A DNA stretch of 64,000 nucleotides from an uncultured beta proteobacterium (GTDB lineage: Bacteria > Pseudomonadota > Gammaproteobacteria > Burkholderiales > Burkholderiaceae_C): positions 12,936-76,935 of the forward strand of contig CAWAFG010000047.1 of the NCBI GenBank assembly GCA_963781205.1, read 5' to 3'. Of this stretch, positions 9,514-19,427 are shown piece by piece. How positions within the stretch are numbered: the first letter of the stretch is position 1; every line of letters begins with the position of its first letter. Position numbers and translations under genes: made by a program. Under the pieces are notes generated by a model that saw only the letters and a program-made list of their open reading frames with translations, searched no databases and was not told the origin of the DNA.

Positions 9514-10881
9514 TCAGACGTGCAGCAACAAGTGTTCACGCTCCCATGGGGAAATTACTTTCATGAACTCATCAAACTCAAGTTCTTTGATCTCAAGGTA
9601 AACGGTGATGAACTCTTTGCCGAGCACATCGTGCAAGTCCGAATCGCGGCGCAACCAATCCAGCGACTCGCCCAAGCTACGCGGTAACGCGTATGGCGCC
9701 AAATAGGCGTCGCCCTTCATCGCTTGTTTGGGCTTGATCTTGTTTTTCATGCCCAGGTAACCGCAGGCCAGTGTCATGGCCATGGCGATATAGGGATTCG
9801 CGTCTGCGCCAATCACGCGGTTTTCTACCCGTCGCGCCGCCGGCGACGAAATGGGTGACCGAATGCCAACGGTGCGATTGTCATGACCCCATTCGATATT
9901 GATCGGCGCGGCCGAGTTTCGCGCCAAACGGCGGTAGCTGTTCACATAAGGCGCAACCAGCGCCATGGCGGTCGGAATGTAGCGCTGCAAACCACCGATG
10001 TAATGGTAAAAAGTCTCTGACGGCGTGCCATCTTCATTGCTAAACACATTCTGGCCTGTCGCAACGTTCAACAAACTTTGGTGAACATGCATGGCACTGC
10101 CGGGCTCACCAGCGATCGGTTTGGCCATGAACGTGGCATACATATCATGGCGCAATGCGGCCTCACGGACGGTTCGCTTGAAGAAGAAAACCTCGTCCGC
10201 CAATCCCAAGGGTTCAGCGTGGAAGAAATTAATTTCCATTTGCCCAGCGCCGATCTCGTGAATCAGCGTGTCGACATTCAGCTCCATCTTGTCGCAGTAG
10301 TCGTAGATCTCTTCAAAGAGTGGATCGAACTCGTTCACCGCGTCAATGCTGTAGGCCTGCCGAGACGTTTCCGCCCGCCCGCTTCGTCCAATCGGCGGAC
10401 GCAGCAAAGTATTCGGATCAGTGTTGCGCGCGGTCAGGTAAAACTCAAGCTCCGGAGCCACGATCGGCTGCAGCCCTTCGTCCGCAAACAACTTGCAAAC
10501 CTTGCGCAATACCGAACGAGGTGCGAAGGGCACCAAGTTGCCATCGTGGTCAAAGCAATCGTGAATGACTTGAGCGGTGGGGTCTGTCGCCCAGGGAACG
10601 ATGCGCACCGATGCGGGGTCGGGTCGCAACTGCATGTCTTTGTCGGTGGGGTCGATGACGTCATAGTAAGGCCCACTCTCGGGCACTTCGCCGGTGACCC
10701 CCAGCGCGACGACCGATTGCGGCAATCGCATGCCGCGGTCTTCTGTGAATTTGGCACGGGGCAAGATCTTGCCGCGGGCAACACCCGTCAAGTCGGGGAC
10801 AAGGCATTCGACCTCAGTCACTCTGCGCTCATTGAGCCATTGCTCAAGATCGTTGAAATTCATGGTCTTTTTTTCACTCAT
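9514..10881 (-). CDS. puuA: Glutamate-putrescine ligase (glutamine synthetase family)
   Basis: PDLTGVARGK, PELEFY, FMAKP, GSAMHVHQS, NRTV, ENRV, DANPY motifs; polyamine cluster context. Confidence 0.85.
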   Translation of the reverse strand: MSEKKTMNFNDLEQWLNERRVTEVECLVPDLTGVARGKILPRAKFTEDRGMRLPQSVVALGVTGEVPESGPYYDVIDPTDKDMQLRPDPASVRIVPWATDPTAQVIHDCFDHDGNLVPFAPRSVLRKVCKLFADEGLQPIVAPELEFYLTARNTDPNTLLRPPIGRSGRAETSRQAYSIDAVNEFDPLFEEIYDYCDKMELNVDTLIHEIGAGQMEINFFHAEPLGLADEVFFFKRTVREAALRHDMYATFMAKPIAGEPGSAMHVHQSLLNVATGQNVFSNEDGTPSETFYHYIGGLQRYIPTAMALVAPYVNSYRRLARNSAAPINIEWGHDNRTVGIRSPISSPAARRVENRVIGADANPYIAMAMTLACGYLGMKNKIKPKQAMKGDAYLAPYALPRSLGESLDWLRRDSDLHDVLGKEFITVYLEIKELEFDEFMKVISPWEREHLLLHV

Positions 10882-10920
10882 CCAATGCTCCCAATTGCTT
10901 GATTCAAACCTTGATCAAAA

Positions 10921-11691
10921 TCAGACCGACCGCGCGCGTTGCCGCGCGCGACAGGCCTCACCAAAACGCTTAAAAATTGCCAAGTAAAACGGTGTCTCCA
11001 AGCATTTCCACTCGGGATGCCACTGCACGCCCAGTGTGAACGCTCTTGCGCCCTCGACCTCAAATGCTTCAACCAAGCCATCTGGCGCCACAGCCAGCGC
11101 CCGCAAATCCGGCGCCAATTGATGGATGCCTTGAGTATGCAGGGAGTTCACCCAGACGGACTCCGCACCCGCGCAGTCAGCCAACAAAGAGCCCTTGGTC
11201 AGGCGCAGCTCATGGCGCGGGGCGTACTGCTGCTCGGTCGTTTCGCTGGCCAACTCTCGGTGATCCGCCATACCCGGCACGTTGTGCACGTGTTGGTGCA
11301 ATGTGCCGCCCAAAGCGACGTTGATCTCCTGAAATCCACGACACAACCCTAACAAGGGAACCTGTTTGTCGATGCAGGCCCTGACCAATTGCAGCGTCAA
11401 GGCGTCACGACTTTCATCGAGCATCATGTCGGAGTCAGAAATCTCTTCATTGAAATGTGAGGGATGCACGTTGGAGGGCGACCCCGTGAGCATGACGCCG
11501 TCAACCCTATCAAGCAAGACCGGCATGTCTGCCCCATCCGCCAGCGGAAACAAAACCGGCTGAACTTCGGCCGCATCACGAACTGCTCGGGCGTATTTAT
11601 CACCGAGTATCAAATACGGCTTTTGGTGCGGGGCATCGCCCAGCAACCGGTGATCCATTGGCAGCCAAACCAGGCTTGGCGACGATGTCAT
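10921..11691 (-). CDS. puuD: Gamma-glutamyl-GABA hydrolase (peptidase C26)
   Basis: TGSPSNVHP, GLCRGFQE nucleophile elbow, VNSLH, VQWHPE. Confidence 0.88.
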   Translation of the reverse strand: MTSSPSLVWLPMDHRLLGDAPHQKPYLILGDKYARAVRDAAEVQPVLFPLADGADMPVLLDRVDGVMLTGSPSNVHPSHFNEEISDSDMMLDESRDALTLQLVRACIDKQVPLLGLCRGFQEINVALGGTLHQHVHNVPGMADHRELASETTEQQYAPRHELRLTKGSLLADCAGAESVWVNSLHTQGIHQLAPDLRALAVAPDGLVEAFEVEGARAFTLGVQWHPEWKCLETPFYLAIFKRFGEACRARQRARSV

Positions 11692-11822
11692 GACGTTCTC
11701 CGCGTTGATTGAGACGGTCGAAAATTAGTTGTCAGGAAACCAAGCTTGAAGCATACCCCCGCCCTGAGCAGAGAAACCACTGCGCCGTCAAATTATTAGC
11801 CATTGCACCCACCCTAAAACAA

Positions 11823-13133
11823 TCAAAAAGCATCTCGAAGCCGGTGGTACAGCATGCCCAGCACCAAGCTGGGCATGCGCAGCAACGCGCCCCCTGGGAA
11901 GCTTCGATGTTGCAACGAGGCAAACATATCAAATCTCTCAGATTGACCGGCAACCGCCTGCGCTACCAGCTGACCCGCCAAACCCGTCAGGGCCACGCCG
12001 TGTCCGCTGAAGCCTTGCAAATAGTACAAATTGCTGCCCAGGCGACCAAAGTCGGGCGCCCGGTTCATGCTGATGTCCACAAACCCGCCCCACACATACT
12101 CAATGGGGACGCCGCTCAATTCCGGAAAAATCGCCGCCAAACGCGTGGCCATACGTTCCTGCAAACGCGTCGGAGTCTGCGCGCTGTAGCTCACGCGTCC
12201 GCCAAACAACATGCGATGGTCGGCGCTGAAGCGGAAGTAGTCGAGCACAAAGTTGTTGTCACACACCGCCGCGTTGCGAGCAATCAAGCGGGCACACAGC
12301 GCAGGGTCCAGCGGTGCCGTGCCCACAATGTAGGTGCCAACTGGCATGATGCGAGCCTTGATGTCTGGCGCGACCCGGGGCCCGTATTCACCCAAGGTGC
12401 AATTTCCGGCCAAAACGCCGAATGAAGCCCTTACCTGGCCGTGCGCAGTCACGGCCGTCAACACAGCCCCCCGGCGCAAATCAACCACTGGTGAAGCTTC
12501 AAAAATTTGCACCCCCAAGCTCTTGGCCGCCTTGGCAAGCCCGAGCCCGTATTTCAAGGGATGAAGATGCCCAGACGTCCCTTCATACGCTGCCGCGCAA
12601 TAACGAGGGCTTTGAATCAAACGCTGCACGTCTGCCCCCGTGGCCCACTCGGTAGGCAAGCCATACAGACGGTCCATGGCATGCATCTCAGCCTCCAGCG
12701 CCCTCGCCTTGCGCGCGGTTTCGGCCACGTACAAGTAACCGTGAACCCGGTCGCAGTCGATGTCAAATTCGGCGATTCGCTTGTCCAGCAGCGCAATCGC
12801 CTCCAGGGACATCTCCCAGGCTTGCCTCGCGCCGTCAGTGCCAAGCTGTTGCTCCAAAGGCGCCTGTCCACTGGCGTAGCCCACGATAGCCTGCCCGCCA
12901 TTGCGACCGGACGCACCGCTGCAGATACGGTCGGCCTCCAGCACCACCACCTGATAGCCCCGTTGAGCCAACTCAATGGCCGCCGACAAGCCAGCAAATC
13001 CGGCACCTACCACCACGACATCGGCAACCATGTCGCCCCTCAACGCGGGGTTGGCGGGGTCTCGATGGACAGTGGCCTCGTAGTAACTTTTTTGGTTGAG
13101 TTGGGTATCAGACTGGAGCAACATGGGTTTCAT
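11823..13133 (-). CDS. puuB: FAD-dependent gamma-glutamylputrescine oxidase
   Basis: VVGAGFAGLS dinucleotide-binding motif, GASGRNGG, HLHPLKY, QGFSGHGV. Confidence 0.85.
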   Translation of the reverse strand: MKPMLLQSDTQLNQKSYYEATVHRDPANPALRGDMVADVVVVGAGFAGLSAAIELAQRGYQVVVLEADRICSGASGRNGGQAIVGYASGQAPLEQQLGTDGARQAWEMSLEAIALLDKRIAEFDIDCDRVHGYLYVAETARKARALEAEMHAMDRLYGLPTEWATGADVQRLIQSPRYCAAAYEGTSGHLHPLKYGLGLAKAAKSLGVQIFEASPVVDLRRGAVLTAVTAHGQVRASFGVLAGNCTLGEYGPRVAPDIKARIMPVGTYIVGTAPLDPALCARLIARNAAVCDNNFVLDYFRFSADHRMLFGGRVSYSAQTPTRLQERMATRLAAIFPELSGVPIEYVWGGFVDISMNRAPDFGRLGSNLYYLQGFSGHGVALTGLAGQLVAQAVAGQSERFDMFASLQHRSFPGGALLRMPSLVLGMLYHRLRDAF

Positions 13134-13139
13134 TGCCCC

Positions 13140-14057
13140 CTAACCGCGCTTTGCGACTTGGCCGCAGAGATAGGTCCACACCAGCGTCGCCGCCGCGTTG
13201 CTGGTCAATTCGGCGTGGTCATAGGCGGGTGCCACTTCAACACAGTCCATACCCACCATGTTCAAGGGTGCCAAGGCCTCCAGAAACGTCAGCACCTGTG
13301 AGCTGCTCATGCCGCCTGGTTCTGGCGTGCCGGTTCCTGGTGCAAAAGCCGGATCCATGCAATCGATGTCCAAGGTCAGGTAACAGGGCCTGTCCCCCAA
13401 GCGTTCCAGAATTTGCGCAATCAGCGGCTGCAATCCCGCGCCATCCAGGCCTCGCATTTGGCGCGCCGTGTAAATCAAACCGCCTTGATCCTGCACATAT
13501 TCACGCGCTGCGCGCTCGCCGCTGGAACGCAAGCCAATCTGCACCGTGTGCGTCGGACTCACCAAGCCTTCACGAATTGCCTCATAAGTCCAGGTTCCAT
13601 GACCAGATGGCTCACCGAAATGGTCGGTCCAGGTATCGCAATGTGCATCAAAGTGAACCAGAGCCAACTCGCCATACTGCGCCCGCGCAGCCCGCAGCAA
13701 GGGCAAAGTCACCGAATGGTCCCCCCCCAAGAACACGCAATGGTGCTTGGCCATCAAAACAGCCGCCTGTGCCTGAATGTGCGCCCTGACGTCAGTCAGT
13801 GGTGAGGCGTTGGGCAAACGCATATCGTGCCCGTCACCAAGGTAATCCAATGGCGACACACCAAAAAGAGGGTGCAAGCCGTCACACAGCATCAAACTGG
13901 CACGGCGAATTTCTTGTGGCCCAAACCGCGCACCAGGTCGGTTGGTTACCGCCCCATCAAAGGGAATTCCCATCAGCGCAAACGGCTGCTCACGCAAAGG
14001 CTCCACCGCCAGAAACCGGTTGCTATTGTTCGCATACGCAAATTCACCCATCGCCAT
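13140..14057 (-). CDS. speB: Agmatinase (ureohydrolase family)
   Basis: RPGARFGP, GGDHS, DAHCD, DIDCMDPAFAPGTGTPEPGG. Confidence 0.85.
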   Translation of the reverse strand: MAMGEFAYANNSNRFLAVEPLREQPFALMGIPFDGAVTNRPGARFGPQEIRRASLMLCDGLHPLFGVSPLDYLGDGHDMRLPNASPLTDVRAHIQAQAAVLMAKHHCVFLGGDHSVTLPLLRAARAQYGELALVHFDAHCDTWTDHFGEPSGHGTWTYEAIREGLVSPTHTVQIGLRSSGERAAREYVQDQGGLIYTARQMRGLDGAGLQPLIAQILERLGDRPCYLTLDIDCMDPAFAPGTGTPEPGGMSSSQVLTFLEALAPLNMVGMDCVEVAPAYDHAELTSNAAATLVWTYLCGQVAKRG

Positions 14058-14170
14058 AAATTTGTCCTTTATCTCAAACCAATTTTTATTCGACCCAACC
14101 GGGACGGCGAGCCGAACCCCGGCTAGCCATCAGGCATGATCACGCCACATCACTTCAACGCAAACTTCCC

Positions 14171-15127
14171 GTGTCCCAGCTCAAAACCTCATCTTTGACC
14201 GCACCCCGACAGCTTAGCGCGTATCTTTGCCTCGCCCTCAGCATGTCGCTGGTCGGCTCCTACGTGGCGCTGTCCAAACCTCTGGTCGCGGCCTTACCCG
14301 TTTTTTTGCTGGCATGGATGCGGTTCGGCATTGGTGGCCTGGCCATCGTGCATTGGCTAAAGAAGCCCGCTGACGAAGCGCCGCTGAGCTTCAGAACCAA
14401 AAAGCTGATCTTTTTGGAGTCGTTTTTGGGCAACTTCATGTTCTCGATCTGCATGCTCTACGGCGTGAGCATGACGAGCGCGATTTCTGCCGGCGTCATC
14501 ATGGCCTCCATCCCTGCGGTTGTGGCTTTGATGAGCTGGGCCTTTCTGCGGGAAAAAATCGGTCTGAGGGTCTGGCTCTCCATTGCCTTGGCCGCATTCG
14601 GAATTGCCCTGGCCTCACTATCAAAACAGGAGCACCTCCCGCATATGGGACAAGCGCCAGACGGCAATTCACCTTATGAAAACATGCTGCTTGGCAATTT
14701 ACTGGTGTTTGCGGCCGTGCTGTGTGAAGCGGCGTATGCCGTCATCGGCAAGAAGCTGAGCGGCACCATGAGCGCCAAACGTATCACGTCGCTGATCAAC
14801 CTATGGGGTTTTATCCTCATGACCCCCATGGGCCTTTACTGGGCGCTTCAGTTTTCCTTCACCTCCGTGAAGCCCGGCATCTGGGTGCTGCTCGTCTTTT
14901 ATGCCTTGGCAGCCAGTGTCTGGACGGTGTGGCTCTGGATGACCGGTTTGCGCTCTGTTCCCGCAGCCAAGGCGGGGGTCTTCATGGTGCTACTGCCCAT
15001 CTCGGCGGCATTGGTCGGCGTCTTTGCGCTGGGGGAAACTGTTAGCACCATGCAAATCATCGCCTTCGCCATTTGTCTGGCTGGCGTGGTACTTGCCACA
15101 TTTCCAGCCAGAGCAGCGCGCCCTTAG
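14171..15127 (+). CDS. DMT/EamA family transporter
   Basis: About ten hydrophobic helices in two EamA repeats (..FLREKI.., ..ALGET..); GTG start. Confidence 0.85.
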   Translation: MSQLKTSSLTAPRQLSAYLCLALSMSLVGSYVALSKPLVAALPVFLLAWMRFGIGGLAIVHWLKKPADEAPLSFRTKKLIFLESFLGNFMFSICMLYGVSMTSAISAGVIMASIPAVVALMSWAFLREKIGLRVWLSIALAAFGIALASLSKQEHLPHMGQAPDGNSPYENMLLGNLLVFAAVLCEAAYAVIGKKLSGTMSAKRITSLINLWGFILMTPMGLYWALQFSFTSVKPGIWVLLVFYALAASVWTVWLWMTGLRSVPAAKAGVFMVLLPISAALVGVFALGETVSTMQIIAFAICLAGVVLATFPARAARP

Positions 15128-15651
15128 CCGAGTTTGCTGGACGCAACCACCATCCCGTCTTCGTCGGCGTAAAGCCAATCACCAGGGCGAACCCACACGC
15201 CCTGAATCTGCACCGCCACATCGGACTCCCCAGCGTTTCTTTTCTCTGTCGGCAGCGGCATGCTGGCGAGCGCGCGAATGCCAATGTCAAACTCGGCCAA
15301 TTCGTTGACATCGCGCACGCAGCCGTCCACCACCACACCAGCCCAGCCGTTTCTGGCCGCCGCAGCACCCAGATTGCCGCCCAACAAGGCCCGGCGAAGG
15401 GAGCCACCGCCATCCACCACCAAGACCTTGCCAATGGGCCCATCGGGCGAGTCCACGAGTCCGGGCGAGTCCACCGCGGCTTTAACCAGCGAGTTGTCCT
15501 CAAAACACTTCACGGTCTCGACCGGGCCGCTGAACCGCAGCGCAGCGCCATAGTCTCGAAACACAGGTGGCAGCACACGAAAGGCGTCTGATGAATCATT
15601 TTTATGAGCATCGCAAAGATCGCAAGTTGCAAGAGAGTCGGGCATATGCAT
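15124..15651 (-). CDS. rraA: RraA family protein (RNase E regulator / HMG aldolase-like)
   Basis: TCDLCD, TVKCFEDNSLV, VLVVDGGGS, GCVRD, YADEDG. GAAAGG SD before ATG 15651. Confidence 0.9.
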   Translation of the reverse strand: MHMPDSLATCDLCDAHKNDSSDAFRVLPPVFRDYGAALRFSGPVETVKCFEDNSLVKAAVDSPGLVDSPDGPIGKVLVVDGGGSLRRALLGGNLGAAAARNGWAGVVVDGCVRDVNELAEFDIGIRALASMPLPTEKRNAGESDVAVQIQGVWVRPGDWLYADEDGMVVASSKLG

Positions 15652-15829
15652 GAACCTTTCTGACAAATTATTGAACAGGGGCAGAAAAAACACGAAAAAA
15701 GACAGTTTCTCCAATGAAATAGGCACTATTCCTATTGGAAGCCCCCCCATTCTCTATTAGCATCCTCTCTGCCAGCGAAGAAGCCATTTTTTTCTGGTGA
15801 TCAATCAACAATTGGAAGGACAAAAAATC

Positions 15830-16258
15830 ATGGCAACTGCAACCAAGGCGCCGGCAAAGAAAGCTGCACCCGCTAAAAAAGCAGCCCCGGCTAAAGCCGC
15901 GGCTCCAGCGAAAAAAGTCGTAGCAGCGAAAAAAACAACTGCCGCTGCTCCTGCTAAAAAGACGGCCGCCGTCAAAAAAGCAGCCGCACCCAAAGCACCT
16001 GCCAAAAAGCGCACCGCCAACGCGGCCTTCATGAAAGCCATGACACCAAGCGCAGCGCTGGCCGCTGTCGTTGGCGCAACGCCATTGGCTCGCACCGAAG
16101 TGGTCAAGCAATTGTGGGTTTACATCAAAAAGCACAAGCTGCAAGACGCTGTCAACAAGCGCATGATCAACGCCGATGCCAAGCTGAAAGAAGTTTTTGG
16201 CAAGATGCAAGTGTCGATGTTCGAGATGGCTGGCCTGATCGGCAAGCACCTCAAATAA
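15830..16258 (+). CDS. SWIB/MDM2 domain protein with Lys/Ala/Pro-rich histone H1-like N-terminus
   Basis: PAKKAA repeats, then the SWIB motif PSAALAAVVG..RTEVVKQLWVYIKKHKLQD..INADAKLK..VSMFEM. Confidence 0.9.
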   Translation: MATATKAPAKKAAPAKKAAPAKAAAPAKKVVAAKKTTAAAPAKKTAAVKKAAAPKAPAKKRTANAAFMKAMTPSAALAAVVGATPLARTEVVKQLWVYIKKHKLQDAVNKRMINADAKLKEVFGKMQVSMFEMAGLIGKHLK

Positions 16259-16278
16259 TCAGCACCTGCTGCTCCCTG

Positions 16279-16307
16279 AAAAAAACCGGCTCATAGCCGG
16301 TTTTTTT
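16279..16307 (+). terminator. Rho-independent terminator
   Basis: AAAAAAACCGGCT-CAT-AGCCGGTTTTTTT after the SWIB gene. Confidence 0.85.
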
Positions 16308-16499
16308 ACGTTCAATCCATTTTGGGGACCAACACCTATAGGGGTTTGTCTGGACTGATTCGTACCTTTTCAGGGCAATTAGCATCAGACCACTTGCTAA
16401 AATCTGACCATTCAGTCAGAGAATCACAAGTTCATTGGCACTGAAACCCCCGTAACATATCTACCCCAGTATGGCGATTCAACACACTCCCCCACCACG

Positions 16500-17504
16500 A
16501 TGATCCGCTTCCTCCTCACTCGCTTTAGCCTGATCATCCCGACCTTCATCGGCATGACGCTGGTTGCGTTCTTTCTGATCCGAATGGTTCCCGGCGATCC
16601 GATCGAGACACTTGCCGGCGAACGCGGCATTGATGCCGAACGGCACGCCCAGCTCCTCAAGGAATACGGACTGGATCGCCCCGTCATCGTTCAATACGGT
16701 GTCTATATTGGCAAGGTGTTGCAGGGCGACCTGGGCACATCGCTCATCACCCACGCGCCGGTGCTGGACGAGTTCATGGCCCTTTTTCCGGCCACCATTG
16801 AATTGGCGGTTTGCGCCATTCTTTTTGCACTGCTGATTGGCATACCCGCGGGCATCCTTGCGGCGGTCAAGAGAAACTCATTCCTTGACCATGGGGTGAT
16901 GGGCGTCTCGCTCACTGGCTATTCCATGCCGATCTTCTGGTGGGGCTTGCTGCTGATTCTGCTGTTCTCAGTGAAGCTCGATCTGACACCGGTCTCGGGG
17001 CGCATCTCGGTCATGTACTTCATTGAGCCGGTGACCGGTTTCCTGCTAATTGACACCTGGCTGGCCGGGGAGAAAGACGCCTTCTGGTCCGCACTCCACC
17101 ATTTGATACTGCCCACCATTGTGCTGGGCACCATTCCGCTGGCGGTGATTGCGCGCATGACCCGCTCAGCCATGCTGGAAGTGCTCGGCGAGGACTACAT
17201 TCGCACGGCACGCGCCAAAGGGCTCTCCAACATGCGCGTGGTGGCTTTACACGCCTTGCGCAATGCGCTCATTCCGGTGGTCACCGTGATTGGGCTGCAG
17301 GTTGGTGTTCTCTTCACCGGCGCCATCCTGACGGAAACCATTTTTTCATGGCCCGGCGTGGGCAAATGGATGATCGAGGCCATTGGGCGCCGCGACTATC
17401 CCGTTTTACAGGGCGGCATGCTGTTGCTCGGCATCATCGTGATGATGGTCAACCTGTTGGTTGACGTGACTTACGGCATCATCAATCCCCGCATAAGGCA
17501 CTAA
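16500..17504 (+). CDS. dppB: Dipeptide ABC transporter permease
   Basis: PGDP, FPATIEL, SMPIFWWG, EDYIRTARAKG, RRDYP. Confidence 0.93.
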   Translation: MIRFLLTRFSLIIPTFIGMTLVAFFLIRMVPGDPIETLAGERGIDAERHAQLLKEYGLDRPVIVQYGVYIGKVLQGDLGTSLITHAPVLDEFMALFPATIELAVCAILFALLIGIPAGILAAVKRNSFLDHGVMGVSLTGYSMPIFWWGLLLILLFSVKLDLTPVSGRISVMYFIEPVTGFLLIDTWLAGEKDAFWSALHHLILPTIVLGTIPLAVIARMTRSAMLEVLGEDYIRTARAKGLSNMRVVALHALRNALIPVVTVIGLQVGVLFTGAILTETIFSWPGVGKWMIEAIGRRDYPVLQGGMLLLGIIVMMVNLLVDVTYGIINPRIRH

Positions 17505-17506
17505 TC

Positions 17507-18400
17507 GTGAGTTCTACCATTGACAATCCGGCGCTTGAGCCGCCTCGCCCCCTGCGTGAATTCTGGACCTACTTCAGTGCCAACAAGGGTGCCGTGGCAG
17601 GACTGGTTATTGTGTTGGGCGTGCTGCTGATGGCCGCCTTTGCGCCTTGGCTGGCGCCCCATTCACCTGACATCACCAACCCCGAGGTGTTCCTGACGCC
17701 ACCTGCGTGGCAAACCGGCGGCTCCAGTGCCTACCTGCTAGGAACCGATGCCATTGGCCGCGACATCTTGTCGCGCCTGATTTATGGTGCCAGACTGTCG
17801 CTGGCCATCGGCTTGGCGGTGGTGACCTTGTCCGTCATTCTGGGCACCGTTCTGGGGCTGACGGCCGGTTACTTTCGGGGCATTTTTGAAGTGGCCGTAA
17901 TGCGCCTCATGGACATCATCCTGACCTTGCCCAGCCTGCTGCTGGCAATTGTGATTGTGGCCATTCTGGGGCCAGGCTTGATGAATGCCATGTTGGCGGT
18001 GGCCATTGTGGTGCTGCCGCATTACGTGCGCATCACCCGTGCAGCTGTCATCACCGAGATGTCCAAAGACTATGTGACTGCCGCCCGCATGAATGGTGCT
18101 GGCCACCTTCGCCTGATGTTCAACGAAGTGCTGCCCAACTGCACCGCACCTTTGATTGTTCAAGCCTCACTGGGTATCTCAACCGCCATTCTTGATGCGG
18201 CCGCACTGGGCTTTCTCGGCCTGGGTGCGCAGCCACCGTCGCCAGAATGGGGAACCATGCTGGCGGACGCCCGTGAATTTGTGCTGCGCGCCTGGTGGGT
18301 GGTGACCTTCCCGGGCCTGGCCATTCTGATCACTGTACTGGCATTCAATTTGCTTGGTGATGGTCTGCGCGATGCGTTCGACCCCAAATTGAAGCGCTGA
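17507..18400 (+). CDS. dppC: Dipeptide ABC transporter permease
   Basis: [42 protein letters not shown]. Confidence 0.93.
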   Translation: MSSTIDNPALEPPRPLREFWTYFSANKGAVAGLVIVLGVLLMAAFAPWLAPHSPDITNPEVFLTPPAWQTGGSSAYLLGTDAIGRDILSRLIYGARLSLAIGLAVVTLSVILGTVLGLTAGYFRGIFEVAVMRLMDIILTLPSLLLAIVIVAILGPGLMNAMLAVAIVVLPHYVRITRAAVITEMSKDYVTAARMNGAGHLRLMFNEVLPNCTAPLIVQASLGISTAILDAAALGFLGLGAQPPSPEWGTMLADAREFVLRAWWVVTFPGLAILITVLAFNLLGDGLRDAFDPKLKR

Positions 18401-18410
18401 AAGCCCCACT

Positions 18411-19427
18411 ATGCCCTTATTAGAAATTGAAAACCTGTCCGTGGAGTTCCCCTCCAAGAACAGCGTCATGCACGCTGTTGACGGCGTGAGCCTGAGCCTG
18501 GAAGCTGGCGATGTACTTGGCATTGTGGGCGAGTCTGGCTCGGGGAAAAGCGTCACGATGATGGCCTTGATGGGCCTTGTGTCCTACCCCGGTCGTGTCA
18601 CAGCGGACAAACTCCGTTTTGACGGCCACGACCTTTTGTCGCTGTCGCAAAGTGAGCGCAACAAGCTCATTGGCAAAGACGTGGCCATGATCTTTCAGGA
18701 CCCCACCACCAGCCTGAACCCTTGCTTCACAGTGGGCTTTCAACTGGCCGAAACACTCAAGCTTCATTTGGGCATGAACGGCGCAGAGGCCAAAAAACGC
18801 TCCATCGAATTGCTGGAGCAAGTCGGCATCCCGGCGCCAGAAAAACGTCTCAAGGACTACCCGCACCAAATGTCGGGCGGCATGAACCAGCGCGTCATGA
18901 TTGCGATGGCGATTGCCTGCAACCCCAAGCTTTTGATTGCAGACGAACCCACGACCGCATTGGATGTGACCATTCAGGCCCAAATTCTGGACTTGCTTCG
19001 CAGCCTGCAGAAAGAGCGTGGCATGGCACTGGTCATGATCACGCACAACATGGGCGTTGTGTCAGAGATGGCCCAGCGCGTAGCCGTCATGTACGCCGGC
19101 CAGGTGATGGAAGAGCGCAGCGCGCAAACGATCTTCACCGTACCACAACACCCTTACACCGAAGCCCTGTTGGCAGCCATGCCTGAGCGCAGCGACGGCT
19201 TCTCCCGTTTGGCCACCATTCCCGGCATGGTGCCCGGCTTGTATGACCGCCCTGCTGGCTGCCTGTTTGCGCCCCGATGCAACTACGCTGACGACAGTTG
19301 CCGGGCACAACGTCCGCCGCTGCGTGCGTGGCAAGACGGTATGGTTCGATGCCACTACCCACTGGCTGAAGCCAATAAAGGCGCCGTCCAATCGGCGTCT
19401 CCGGTGATGGCAGGAGCGGCCCAATGA
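18411..19427 (+). CDS. dppD: Dipeptide ABC transporter ATP-binding subunit
   Basis: [25 protein letters not shown]-terminal Cys motif. Confidence 0.92.
   Translation: MPLLEIENLSVEFPSKNSVMHAVDGVSLSLEAGDVLGIVGESGSGKSVTMMALMGLVSYPGRVTADKLRFDGHDLLSLSQSERNKLIGKDVAMIFQDPTTSLNPCFTVGFQLAETLKLHLGMNGAEAKKRSIELLEQVGIPAPEKRLKDYPHQMSGGMNQRVMIAMAIACNPKLLIADEPTTALDVTIQAQILDLLRSLQKERGMALVMITHNMGVVSEMAQRVAVMYAGQVMEERSAQTIFTVPQHPYTEALLAAMPERSDGFSRLATIPGMVPGLYDRPAGCLFAPRCNYADDSCRAQRPPLRAWQDGMVRCHYPLAEANKGAVQSASPVMAGAAQ

Noticed and set aside
14099-14140. CCGGGACGGCGAGCCGAACCCCGG as a guanidine-II/III riboswitch for the EamA gene
   Set aside because: No twin ACGR-loop hairpins and no convincing pseudoknot partner; the structure folds better on the opposite strand.
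16385-16420. TCTGAC-N6-GTCAGA inverted repeat upstream of dppB
   Set aside because: A plausible operator, but short, single and not assignable to a regulator from sequence alone.
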